Positions 9,100 to 17,346 of a DNA stretch of 32,000 bases are shown here, in pieces. This DNA is from Prochlorococcus marinus subsp. pastoris str. CCMP1986. GTDB taxonomy: Bacteria > Cyanobacteriota > Cyanobacteriia > PCC-6307 > Cyanobiaceae. Below the pieces are notes generated by a model. That model made no database searches. It was given only the letters and a program-made list of their open reading frames with translations, and was not told the origin of the DNA. The DNA is taken from the NCBI RefSeq assembly GCF_000011465.1, contig NC_005072.1, forward strand, positions 690,001-722,000, in the 5' to 3' direction. The translations under genes and the position numbers were made by a program. Positions within the stretch are counted from its first letter, which is position 1. Each line of letters begins with the position of its first letter.

Positions 9100-9306
9100 A
9101 TGAGTGCATCTAAAAGAGAGGAAGTTAGTTCCCACCTTAGATATATAAGATTAGAACTTAGAGAGATGCATCAAATGCTTATAAGGGATGATTTATTACC
9201 TGATCTTAGCGAGGCAAAAGAAGTACATGCTCAACTAGATGCTCTTTATGAACTGTTGTCTGACAAAAGAAAAAAGAAGGTCAAGAATGAATTTGAAAAT
9301 TTCTAA
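9100..9306 (+). CDS. Small helical conserved-type hypothetical protein (68 aa), member A of local family
   Basis: MSASKREEVSSHLRYIRLELREMHQMLIRDDLLPDLSEAKEVHAQLDALYELLSDKRKKK...; alignable to the product of 10574..10750. Confidence 0.7.
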   Translation: MSASKREEVSSHLRYIRLELREMHQMLIRDDLLPDLSEAKEVHAQLDALYELLSDKRKKKVKNEFENF

Positions 9307-9335
9307 TTCTCAAATATTAATTTTTTTGTGAACAA

Positions 9336-9521
9336 TTAAGAGCTGAATTCTATTTTTTTTCTTTTGTCGTGCAACAACTCTAATTTATTATAAATTTCTT
9401 TTATTTGTATTTGTAAGATATCCGTTGAGTCGATGTTACTTAAAGATTCCATCGCTAGTAATAGACTTTCTTTAGCCTCAATTAAATGTCTACATTCTTT
9501 ACTACCTGCTTCGTATGACAT
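9336..9521 (-). CDS. Small helical hypothetical protein (61 aa), possible distant member of the same family
   Basis: C-terminal YNKLELLHDKRKK resembles LYELLSDKRKK of 9100..9306; convergent with it. Confidence 0.55.
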   Translation of the reverse strand: MSYEAGSKECRHLIEAKESLLLAMESLSNIDSTDILQIQIKEIYNKLELLHDKRKKIEFSS

Positions 9522-9664
9522 AATTGTAAAAATTATATTATTATAAATATACTAAGAACAGTTCAGTATTGTGTGATACTTTTATTGGTTTAATGCTTAT
9601 TACTGTCATATTTAATACAAAAATGTAGTCATAACTTATTAAGCTAAAAATAAAAATTTATTCT

Positions 9665-9847
9665 ATGAAAGAAGATTCTAGAGATATTAAATTTTGCATA
9701 AATTTAGCAATTGATAATGCTGAGAAAAGAATTAAATTATTAGAAAAAATGGACCAAAAATGTATTTTGGAAGAATATAAAGAGTGGTTAAAAGAGAGTA
9801 TTGATTATCAATCAATCTTATTACTAAGAGAGGACCCAATTATTTAA
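9665..9847 (+). CDS. Small hypothetical protein (60 aa)
   Basis: Complete ORF followed by a strong hairpin that overlaps its stop codon. Confidence 0.5.
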   Translation: MKEDSRDIKFCINLAIDNAEKRIKLLEKMDQKCILEEYKEWLKESIDYQSILLLREDPII

Positions 9848-9883
9848 AGATTAAATTTTGAAAAAAAATTCAATTTAATCTTT
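9846..9883. terminator. Inverted repeat compatible with a rho-independent/bidirectional terminator
   Basis: aaagattaaatt (9846-9857) pairs perfectly over 12 nt with aatttaatcttt (9872-9883), between convergent genes. U-tract is short. Confidence 0.55.
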
Positions 9884-10039
9884 TGATTGAGAAGTTATTT
9901 TAAATAAAAAATATAGACTGAGAACAAAAACACTTATAAGTATTATGGTTAAACTTGAAAAGTTATACATTTACTAATATCACTATAAAATTATTAATAA
10001 TATTATTTTAACAAATTTTTGATTTGTAATTATTTATTA

Positions 10040-10165
10040 TTAGTTTTCATTTATTAGGAAATTAATAAATTTAGTAAATTCTTTCTTTTCTAAATTAATA
10101 TTTTTGGAGGTTTTTTTTAATTTGTTAAATATGACTTCTAACAAATATTCTTTCTTATTCAGCAT
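10040..10165 (-). CDS. Possible very small protein (41 aa)
   Basis: Hand translation: MLNKKEYLLEVIFNKLKKTSKNINLEKKEFTKFINFLINEN*; amphipathic lysine-rich composition, but could be chance in AT-rich DNA. Confidence 0.35.
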   Translation of the reverse strand: MLNKKEYLLEVIFNKLKKTSKNINLEKKEFTKFINFLINEN

Positions 10166-10174
10166 AATTTTTAA

Positions 10175-10525
10175 CTATTTTTCTAATAAATAAACTTTTT
10201 CTTCACCTATTTTATCAGGGGTTGTTATTTTACAACCTTTGTCTTTTTCCATATCGCAATCTTTAGTCGCAGGAAATGATTTCCAGGTACATATTTTTTC
10301 TTCTGTATATTGTTTAGAAATAATCCATCCATCATTGAGGAAATCAGAAATGCCATCTTCTCCACAGGAATATCTTACTTCCATTTTGCTTTTTGATAAC
10401 TTTGTTTGCTGACTCTCCTGTTCTTCAGAATCTATTATCAACTCCTGCTTATTAGCTGTTGCTTTGCAAGAAGTTAAAAAAATTAAAAGTAAGAATAATT
10501 GAGTAATCTTAATAGAATTTTTCAT
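10175..10525 (-). CDS. Putative small lipoprotein
   Basis: MKNSIKITQLFLLLIFLTSCKATANK: signal peptide with lipobox-like LTSC. Confidence 0.65.
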   Translation of the reverse strand: MKNSIKITQLFLLLIFLTSCKATANKQELIIDSEEQESQQTKLSKSKMEVRYSCGEDGISDFLNDGWIISKQYTEEKICTWKSFPATKDCDMEKDKGCKITTPDKIGEEKVYLLEK

Positions 10526-10573
10526 TCAATTTCAATTTTTTGGAAAGTATTTATTTATTTTCTAAATTATAGT

Positions 10574-10750
10574 TTATTTTGATTCGATTACTTTCAACAT
10601 TTGATCCATTTTATACATTAGGGTTTTGACTTCATCTGGTTGTGGTAATAATAACTCTTCAGTAACGGTAAGGTGTATTCTTTTTAATTCTTTTCTAAGA
10701 TCCTTTAAATGCATCTTCACATCTTCTTTTTTTTGTCTAATATTAGTCAT
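10574..10750 (-). CDS. Small helical hypothetical protein (58 aa), member B of local family, absent from supplied track
   Basis: Hand translation: MTNIRQKKEDVKMHLKDLRKELKRIHLTVTEELLLPQPDEVKTLMYKMDQMLKVIESK*. Ungapped by-eye alignment to the 68-aa protein at 9100..9306 gives about 16/52 identities. Confidence 0.68.
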   Translation of the reverse strand: MTNIRQKKEDVKMHLKDLRKELKRIHLTVTEELLLPQPDEVKTLMYKMDQMLKVIESK

Positions 10751-10831
10751 GAAATTAATAATTAATGATTGAAATTGAAATTATGAAATTACATAAGTTT
10801 TTAGTAATTTTATATGGAAAAAATCATTAGA

Positions 10832-11269
10832 TCAATCTTCGAGGTTTTTGATTTCATATATTTCATCGCCCCCATTACAAAAATTAGTTGATAACATTCT
10901 TAATTCGTTTCTTTTTATATTAATTAGATTTTTATTTTTTACAATATAATTTTGGGCATTATTCTCGCAATCTAATCTATTTTTAGAGTATTTAACTAGT
11001 GGATAAATATAAGTTAAACCAGCTAAAAAGAAAAAAAATATAATTATTAACTTTTTCTCATTTTTAAGCATCTCGGTATATTTTTTCTTTGACTTTAATA
11101 CTTTAATAAGCCATTTATCTGGTAATCCAATTTGAACAAATAATAATTCGACCCACCACGGGAGAGATTTATCTTTTTTATTATTTGAATTTGTTGAAGC
11201 TTTTAATTTTTTATTTTCAAAGGTTGGATCTTTTATACCTGGGACCTTTCTTGATTCTTTTTTCTCCAT
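10832..11269 (-). CDS. Hypothetical protein with one transmembrane segment
   Basis: 145 aa; IIIFFFFLAGLTYIYPLV hydrophobic stretch flanked by charged regions. Confidence 0.6.
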   Translation of the reverse strand: MEKKESRKVPGIKDPTFENKKLKASTNSNNKKDKSLPWWVELLFVQIGLPDKWLIKVLKSKKKYTEMLKNEKKLIIIFFFFLAGLTYIYPLVKYSKNRLDCENNAQNYIVKNKNLINIKRNELRMLSTNFCNGGDEIYEIKNLED

Positions 11270-11404
11270 ATCATCAAATGTCTTATATGGAATATAGTGG
11301 TTTTATTTTGATTTGAAAACTATATTTTTATTTTTTAAGTTTTAAATTGATTTATACATGATTTTGATTATTGTAAATTTGTAATTTAAATATATAAGTT
11401 CATA

Positions 11405-11674
11405 ATGCCTAAAAAAAGAAGAAAGTTAAATAAAGATTTCGAAAAAAAAATATATACTTCAAAAAAAAATGTAGAATTAGTATTGGCTAAAATTTATGAT
11501 ATTGACGATGAGGATATCCAAAAAGAATATATGAGCGCCTTTAACGATGTTGTTTATTCTTATGATCAATTAACAAAAGACTATGAATTAACTGGATTCA
11601 ATGATAATTCTGACAAATTGATTGCTGACTACAAAAAAGCTTTTTCTCTTTTTGAGTCAGAGTTTGAAATATAA
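11405..11674 (+). CDS. Small hypothetical protein (89 aa)
   Basis: MPKKRRKLNKDFEKKIYTSKKNVELVLAKIYDIDDEDIQKEYMSAF...; acidic/helical, plausible coding sequence. Confidence 0.6.
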   Translation: MPKKRRKLNKDFEKKIYTSKKNVELVLAKIYDIDDEDIQKEYMSAFNDVVYSYDQLTKDYELTGFNDNSDKLIADYKKAFSLFESEFEI

Positions 11675-11681
11675 AATAGAT

Positions 11682-11891
11682 TTATTTATTGAAAGGTATT
11701 ACAGGAATTTCAATTTTATTACCTTGTAATAAATTTAATTTTCTTAATTTTAGTTTTTTTATACAAGTAGATCTTGTTGTTTTCTTTTGACATATTTCTT
11801 TTATTTGATAATTAGAAAGTGAATAAGCACTATTCTCAGATAAAAATAAAATAAAAAAAAAGAAAAGGGTATTGAAAAATAATTTCATCAA
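11682..11891 (-). CDS. Small putative secreted protein (69 aa)
   Basis: MKLFFNTLFFFFILFLSENSAYS signal-peptide-like N-terminus; two Cys in the mature part. Confidence 0.55.
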   Translation of the reverse strand: MMKLFFNTLFFFFILFLSENSAYSLSNYQIKEICQKKTTRSTCIKKLKLRKLNLLQGNKIEIPVIPFNK

Positions 11892-11932
11892 TTTTTTTTA
11901 TTTTTAAGAAAGTTTAAATCTTGTTTTTAAGA

Positions 11933-12211
11933 TTAACCATAATTACAAAAATCTAAAAGCTTTTTTAATTCATCTTTACTTAAGTCTGTAGAAATAAAAA
12001 CTTCTTGAGCTGTTTTACCCCTTCTTGCAATTGCTTTATAACCGTTTATTGTCTTTACAGATACTCTTATAACTAAATTAGTAGATCTCCCTCTTACTCT
12101 TGATATTATTGCTGGGGTTATAGTTTTAATCCTTATGTTTAAGGCAAGTTTTTTAAGAACTGGAATCAAACCCTCTATGTGAGTACTATGATTTAGAACA
12201 ACTCTTCCCAA
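11933..12211 (-). CDS. DUF2103 family protein
   Basis: GRVVLNHSTHIEGLIPVLKKLALNIRIKTITPAIISRVRGRSTNLVIRVS...GYKAIARRGKTAQEVFISTDLSKDEL matches my recollection of the cyanobacterial DUF2103 pattern. Confidence 0.75.
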   Translation of the reverse strand: MGRVVLNHSTHIEGLIPVLKKLALNIRIKTITPAIISRVRGRSTNLVIRVSVKTINGYKAIARRGKTAQEVFISTDLSKDELKKLLDFCNYG

Positions 12212-12342
12212 GGTGGTTAATCTCTAATATCTTTATTGTATTTAATAGAATTCATTTCTGAGAAATAAATTTTTGTTTGAAAAGGATTGGATTAAAAATT
12301 TTTTTTTGGAAGTTCTGTTATATTGGATTTATTAATTAAATT

Positions 12343-12447
12343 ATGATGATTTTTCAGATAGGTTGGGCTGCTTTAGCAGCAATTTTTACTTTTTCAATTG
12401 CTATGGTTGTTTGGGGCAGAAATGGTGACGGTTCTATTGATATATGA
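12343..12447 (+). CDS. petN: Cytochrome b6f complex subunit PetN (start at 12343 or 12346)
   Basis: Hand translation: (M)[33 protein letters not shown]; near-invariant PetN sequence. Absent from supplied track. Confidence 0.95.
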
Positions 12448-12586
12448 TTTTTCATCATTTAACTTTGAGGATTATTTAAGCAAAATTCTTATTTTTGCAT
12501 CTTTTGCTTTACTAAGTCTAATTACTATAGCAGTAATTTATATCTCTTATATTTCTTGGAAAGATAAGAGAAGAATAGAGAAATAA
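12437..12586 (+). CDS. Small membrane protein overlapping the petN 3' end (start uncertain; TTG at 12437 or ATG at 12422)
   Basis: Track ORF 12398..12586 is in the +1 frame relative to petN. The downstream part [40 protein letters not shown] looks like a genuine TM protein with a basic tail. Confidence 0.5.
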
Positions 12587-12602
12587 TTTTTTTATTTTAA
12601 AA

Positions 12603-13256
12603 CTATTTCTTCTTTTCTTTCTTATCTTTTATTTTTGCTTCTTGAAGTAGTTCTTTCGCTTGTTCCATTTTCAATATACTGCTTTTATAAATTCCAATAT
12701 CCTTTTCTGCTTTATTAAATGATAAATTTAATTTATTAATGATATCTGAAATAATTTTATTTTTTTCAGGATCCTTAATATCCTTAAAATCAGTGGCGTT
12801 AGCTATGATTAAGTAAATACCTAAATTCAATATCCTCGATGAGTATAGATTAGAATCTGATTTTTGTTTTAATAAAATAGATATTTCTTTTAAGGATTTA
12901 TCTTTGTAGACTTCAAGAGTTTTCTTGGAGGCTTCTTTTATTTTTTTAGGTTCAAAATTTGAGGAATTACATAATGATTCAAAAAGTACCCTTAAATGTT
13001 CCTCGGGCTTATAACCTTTCGTTAATTCTTTAAATGTTTCTGTTAGACCAACACAAAATAAATCATCTTGTATAAATTCATTTTGGTGATTTAAAAGATT
13101 TAGTTCAACAAGCATTTCATCAACTATCCTTTTATATAAACCTGGAATTACGTAAGGGAATTGTTCATGAAATAACTTTTTGCTATCCGAGACAGTCAAT
13201 TTTTCTTTCAATTGTTTATATGTAAACCTTAATAACCATAGCGTATGTTGAGTCAA
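12603..13256 (-). CDS. thf1: Photosystem II biogenesis protein Psb29/Thf1
   Basis: Sequence pattern [73 protein letters not shown] is characteristic of Psb29/Thf1. Confidence 0.93.
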   Translation of the reverse strand: MTQHTLWLLRFTYKQLKEKLTVSDSKKLFHEQFPYVIPGLYKRIVDEMLVELNLLNHQNEFIQDDLFCVGLTETFKELTKGYKPEEHLRVLFESLCNSSNFEPKKIKEASKKTLEVYKDKSLKEISILLKQKSDSNLYSSRILNLGIYLIIANATDFKDIKDPEKNKIISDIINKLNLSFNKAEKDIGIYKSSILKMEQAKELLQEAKIKDKKEKKK

Positions 13257-13291
13257 TATCGTTAAGATCTAATAAACAGATAAATATTATT

Positions 13292-13882
13292 ATGATCCCT
13301 TTAGTTTTAGAAGAATCTGGCGGAAGTGAAAGAGTATTTGATATTTACTCGAGACTTTTAAGAGAGAGGATTATATTCTTAGGAGAACAAGTAACTAGTG
13401 ATACTGCTAATAGAATTGTTGCTCAATTACTTTTCCTCGAAGCGGAAGATCCTGAGAAAGATATCTACATGTATATTAATTCTCCTGGAGGTTCGGTTTA
13501 TGATGGTTTAGGCATTTTCGATACTATGCAACATGTAAAGCCTGATATACATACTGTTTGTGTTGGTCTCGCTGCTAGTATGGGTGCCTTTTTACTTGCA
13601 GCTGGAACTAAAGGTAAAAGAAGTAGCCTGAGACATTCAAGAATCATGATTCATCAACCTCTTGGAGGTGCAAGAGGTCAAGCCAGTGATATAAGAATTC
13701 AAGCTGATGAGATTTTATATTTAAAAGAACGTTTAAATACTGAGCTATCTGAAAGAACAGGTAAAGAACTTGAAACCATTAAGGGAGATACTGATAGAGA
13801 TTTTTATATGTCTCCACAGGAGGCAGTAGAGTATGGTCTAATAGATTTGGTTTTAGATAAAAAACCCGTTAAAAATATTTAA
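13292..13882 (+). CDS. clpP: ATP-dependent Clp protease proteolytic subunit
   Basis: Catalytic Ser region [19 protein letters not shown], His region [18 protein letters not shown]. Confidence 0.97.
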   Translation: MIPLVLEESGGSERVFDIYSRLLRERIIFLGEQVTSDTANRIVAQLLFLEAEDPEKDIYMYINSPGGSVYDGLGIFDTMQHVKPDIHTVCVGLAASMGAFLLAAGTKGKRSSLRHSRIMIHQPLGGARGQASDIRIQADEILYLKERLNTELSERTGKELETIKGDTDRDFYMSPQEAVEYGLIDLVLDKKPVKNI

Positions 13883-15792
13883 TTAAGTATTTGCGGAGTT
13901 CTTTCTTTTTCAGGAATTTGTGTAAATTTAGAAAGAATTTTTACAAACTCTTCACCATCCAATGTTTCTTTTTCAATTAAAAGATCTACAATCTTATCCA
14001 TTGCCTCTCTGTTTTTACTTATTATTGAGTAGGTTTCTTTATAACAGTCTTTTACCATAACTCTTACACTTTCATCAATTTGTTTAGAGATAGAGTCAGA
14101 AACCTCGCTTCTAGTCATTAAATCTCTTCCTACAAAAACTTCTTGATTACCACCTTCAAGAGCAATTGGGCCAAGTTCACTCATTCCAAATCTTGTAACC
14201 ATTTGTCTAGCCATTGAAGCTACTTGTTGAAAATCTCCTCCAGCTCCAGTTGTTATTTCCCCTTTGCCGAAAACAACATCCTCAGCCGCTCTTCCTCCAA
14301 GAGCACCCATTATTCTTGCCTTCAAATTTGCCCTACTTATAAGAGATTGGTCATCATCAGGAGTAAACCAAGTAAGACCTTTTGCTTGCCCTCTCGGAAT
14401 TACAGTTACTTTCTGAACAGGATCATGAGCTTTTACTAAAGTTCCTATTATTGCATGTCCAACTTCATGATAAGCAATTAATCTTTTGCTTCTTCCATCT
14501 GTTAGTGGAGAACCTTCCATTCCGGCAACTATTCTATCCACTGAATCATCAATTTCTAAAATTCCTATTGACTCTTTTCTTCTTCTTGCTGTTAAGATTG
14601 CGGCTTCATTTAGGAGATTTGCTAAATCAGCTCCGGTAAAACCAGGTGTCCTTCTTGCAATACTTTCTAAAGTCAAATCTTCCTGTAGAGTTTTATTTTT
14701 TGAGTGAACTTCAAGAATCGATAATCTTCCTTTAATATCAGGAGCATCAACTGTAACTTGTCTGTCGAATCTTCCTGGCCTCATTAAGGCTGAATCCAAA
14801 ACATCCGGTCGGTTAGTTGCAGCAATAATAATAATCCCACTATTACCTTCAAATCCATCCATTTCAGTTAAAAGTTGATTTAGAGTTTGCTCTCTTTCGT
14901 CATTTCCACCACCGATACCAGCTCCTCTTTGCCTTCCTACTGCATCAATTTCATCAATAAATATTAAGCATGGACTATTCTCTTTGGCTTTTTTGAAAAG
15001 ATCCCTAACTCTACTAGCACCTACACCAACAAACATTTCTACAAATTCTGACCCTGCAAGCGAGAAGAAGGGAACTCCTGCTTCTCCTGCAATTGCTTTT
15101 GCTAAAAGTGTTTTACCAGTTCCTGGAGGACCTACAAGTAAAACCCCTTTGGGTATACGAGCACCAACAGAAGTAAATTTTTCAGGTTTTTTTAAAAATG
15201 TAACCACCTCTTCTAGATCCTCTTTTGCCTCATTTACTCCTGCGACATCGTCAAATACAACTCCAGTATCAGCATCCATAGCAAATCTAGCTTTTGATTT
15301 CCCAAATTGCATAGCTTGACCTGGTCCGCCAGGCATACCATTTGATCTCCTAGCTAAGAGAATTAAGCCTCCTATCAGAATTGCAGGGAATAAAAGATTA
15401 CCGAGAATACCTAATGCTGGTGGTGTAGTTTTCACAGGGTGAACGTCAAAACTTATTCCTTCATTTTTAAGATTAGTTATTAATTCAGGTGTAAGACCAG
15501 GCAAGTCTACTCTTAATCTTTGTACTTTATTATCCAGATCTGAGTCTATAGTTTCGATAACAGCATTTCTACCTCCATCAAAAATATCAACTGATGTAAC
15601 TCGACCTGAATTAATATAATCTAAAAATCTTCCATAACTAACTCTTGCTACAGCTGAATTTTTGGGGGCTATTGTAGTGCCATTGGATTTTAATGAGTCA
15701 ATATTGCTTGTTGAAAGGAATTGATATGAAAGAGCTATAACTAGGATAATTGGAAGCGCCCATAAAATTATTGTTTTAAGTTTTTGATTCAT
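13879..15792 (-). CDS. ftsH: ATP-dependent zinc metalloprotease FtsH
   Basis: [26 protein letters not shown] region, HEVGHAI zinc site, N-terminal TM segments. Confidence 0.98.
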   Translation of the reverse strand: MNQKLKTIILWALPIILVIALSYQFLSTSNIDSLKSNGTTIAPKNSAVARVSYGRFLDYINSGRVTSVDIFDGGRNAVIETIDSDLDNKVQRLRVDLPGLTPELITNLKNEGISFDVHPVKTTPPALGILGNLLFPAILIGGLILLARRSNGMPGGPGQAMQFGKSKARFAMDADTGVVFDDVAGVNEAKEDLEEVVTFLKKPEKFTSVGARIPKGVLLVGPPGTGKTLLAKAIAGEAGVPFFSLAGSEFVEMFVGVGASRVRDLFKKAKENSPCLIFIDEIDAVGRQRGAGIGGGNDEREQTLNQLLTEMDGFEGNSGIIIIAATNRPDVLDSALMRPGRFDRQVTVDAPDIKGRLSILEVHSKNKTLQEDLTLESIARRTPGFTGADLANLLNEAAILTARRRKESIGILEIDDSVDRIVAGMEGSPLTDGRSKRLIAYHEVGHAIIGTLVKAHDPVQKVTVIPRGQAKGLTWFTPDDDQSLISRANLKARIMGALGGRAAEDVVFGKGEITTGAGGDFQQVASMARQMVTRFGMSELGPIALEGGNQEVFVGRDLMTRSEVSDSISKQIDESVRVMVKDCYKETYSIISKNREAMDKIVDLLIEKETLDGEEFVKILSKFTQIPEKERTPQILN

Positions 15793-15904
15793 TAATTTAT
15801 TTCATATAAAAATTTGTATAATTCTAGAATGAAACGATGCATTTCGTTGATATTTTTCTTAACTTAATCTTTATAGTAGATTTAGTTTATTTTAAATAAT
15901 TTTA

Positions 15905-16120
15905 ATGGAATTTAATATTCAAGATAAAGTTAAACTAAAAAATCCTTTGTCTTATCTTAAAACCTCTGACAACATGCCTATGCTTAGGCCACCTGATTTA
16001 GTAGCTATTGACGAAGTTGGAGAAATAATAGCTATAAAATCTCCTGATACTGTTGAAATAAAATTTAGAAGAGGATCTTTCTTAATTGATACTGACAAGA
16101 TAGAAAAAACACAAATTTAA
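15905..16120 (+). CDS. sipA: SipA-like regulatory protein (DUF3148; NblS-interacting family)
   Basis: VKLKNPLSYLKTSDNMPMLRPPDLVAIDEVGEIIAIKSPDTVEIKFRRGSFLIDTDKIE matches the cyanobacterial SipA pattern. Confidence 0.85.
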   Translation: MEFNIQDKVKLKNPLSYLKTSDNMPMLRPPDLVAIDEVGEIIAIKSPDTVEIKFRRGSFLIDTDKIEKTQI

Positions 16121-17346
16121 AAATTTCTTATCCAAATTTTATTAATTTCATTACATATTTTTTCGTCTCCAGAAATACTTAAAAAGGGTCTTTTAAAATA
16201 TTTTTTAGTTACTTTCAAAATATCTGCGGAGTTTACATGATTAATTTTATTTATAAAATCATAATTTTGGTCTAATGAATATCCCATGTATTGAATCTTT
16301 CTATGTAATATTTCGTTTAAAGTTTGGTTAGATATTAGAAATGAACTTTTCAATTTAATCTTTGCTAAATAAATATCCTTTTCGATAATTGGAGAAGATA
16401 ATAATTTTCTCCATAATTCTGATAAGATTTCAAATGCAAGAAGCGCATTTTTATTAGAGACAGAAAAGTAAATTAAAAAAGGAGAATTTTCTTTTCTACA
16501 GGGGTTATAGACCCCAACTTCATATGTTAAACCTTTCCTTTCTCTAAATAATTTGAATAAGACAGAAGTCATTCCATACGATAGATGTGATTCTAAAATT
16601 TTCAAAGGTAAGTATTCATGGCTTGATATCGGACATGTTTGATTGCCTAACATTAAAATTATTTGATTCGACTTCTGATATGTGCTTACAAACCTATTCA
16701 AAAGATTAGGATTATTGTTGTAATTTTTGCTTTCTAATTTATGAGTAATTTTATTTTGGTCAATATTTTGGTTTAATAAATCAAAACTTTTATTTTTGAT
16801 TTTTAAATTATTAGAAATTAGATACTTATTTCTATTTTTAAAATTCTCATATTCAGATAAAATATCATTATGAGTAATTTTTAAAATATCTTCTTCATAT
16901 CCAGAAGAGTTATAAGCGTAGGAATGTTTTAAATAAACAATTTTTCTCCATTTTTCAAAGGTAATATTAAATGGATTTTCCCTATCTTTTTTTAAGGTAT
17001 TAATAGTTGATTTCTTTACATTTTGGAATTGGTTATATGAGAGTATTGGTTCATTAATAATTAAATTTATTAAAGGTAAAAGTTTATTAAAATGTTCATC
17101 TAATGATTTGAGGCTTATTATCATACCGTCCTCTAATGTCTCTAGATTTAGTTCCGCTCCATGTGAATCGACATACTCTGAAAAAGCTAAATTTTCAAAA
17201 CCTTTACATCCTCTGGTTAATAATGAGCAAAGAATTTGATTGATTCCTTTTTTCTCTTCAATATCCATATTGCTTCCACCATTTATCCAAACCATCGCAA
17301 TTGAAAAATTCCGACTAATTTTTGTTTCGTAATGTGCTTTTGTCAT
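16117..17346 (-). CDS. M16 family peptidase-like protein; active-site motif apparently absent
   Basis: M16-like architecture (NGGSNMDIEEKKGINQILCSLLTRG, FRERKGLTYEVGVYNP); I do not see an HxxEH motif at the expected N-terminal location. Confidence 0.85.
   Translation of the reverse strand: MTKAHYETKISRNFSIAMVWINGGSNMDIEEKKGINQILCSLLTRGCKGFENLAFSEYVDSHGAELNLETLEDGMIISLKSLDEHFNKLLPLINLIINEPILSYNQFQNVKKSTINTLKKDRENPFNITFEKWRKIVYLKHSYAYNSSGYEEDILKITHNDILSEYENFKNRNKYLISNNLKIKNKSFDLLNQNIDQNKITHKLESKNYNNNPNLLNRFVSTYQKSNQIILMLGNQTCPISSHEYLPLKILESHLSYGMTSVLFKLFRERKGLTYEVGVYNPCRKENSPFLIYFSVSNKNALLAFEILSELWRKLLSSPIIEKDIYLAKIKLKSSFLISNQTLNEILHRKIQYMGYSLDQNYDFINKINHVNSADILKVTKKYFKRPFLSISGDEKICNEINKIWIRNF

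Noticed and set aside
10040-10165. Possible longer gene merging the 41-aa ORF with the lipoprotein gene upstream
   Set aside because: Stop codons separate the frames and the intervening AT-rich DNA shows no coding signal.
13879-15792. Plus-strand ORFs 14224..14439, 14382..14639, 14486..14707 and 14984..15319 inside ftsH
   Set aside because: Antisense to a fully intact, conserved ftsH; leucine/serine-rich artefacts without family features.
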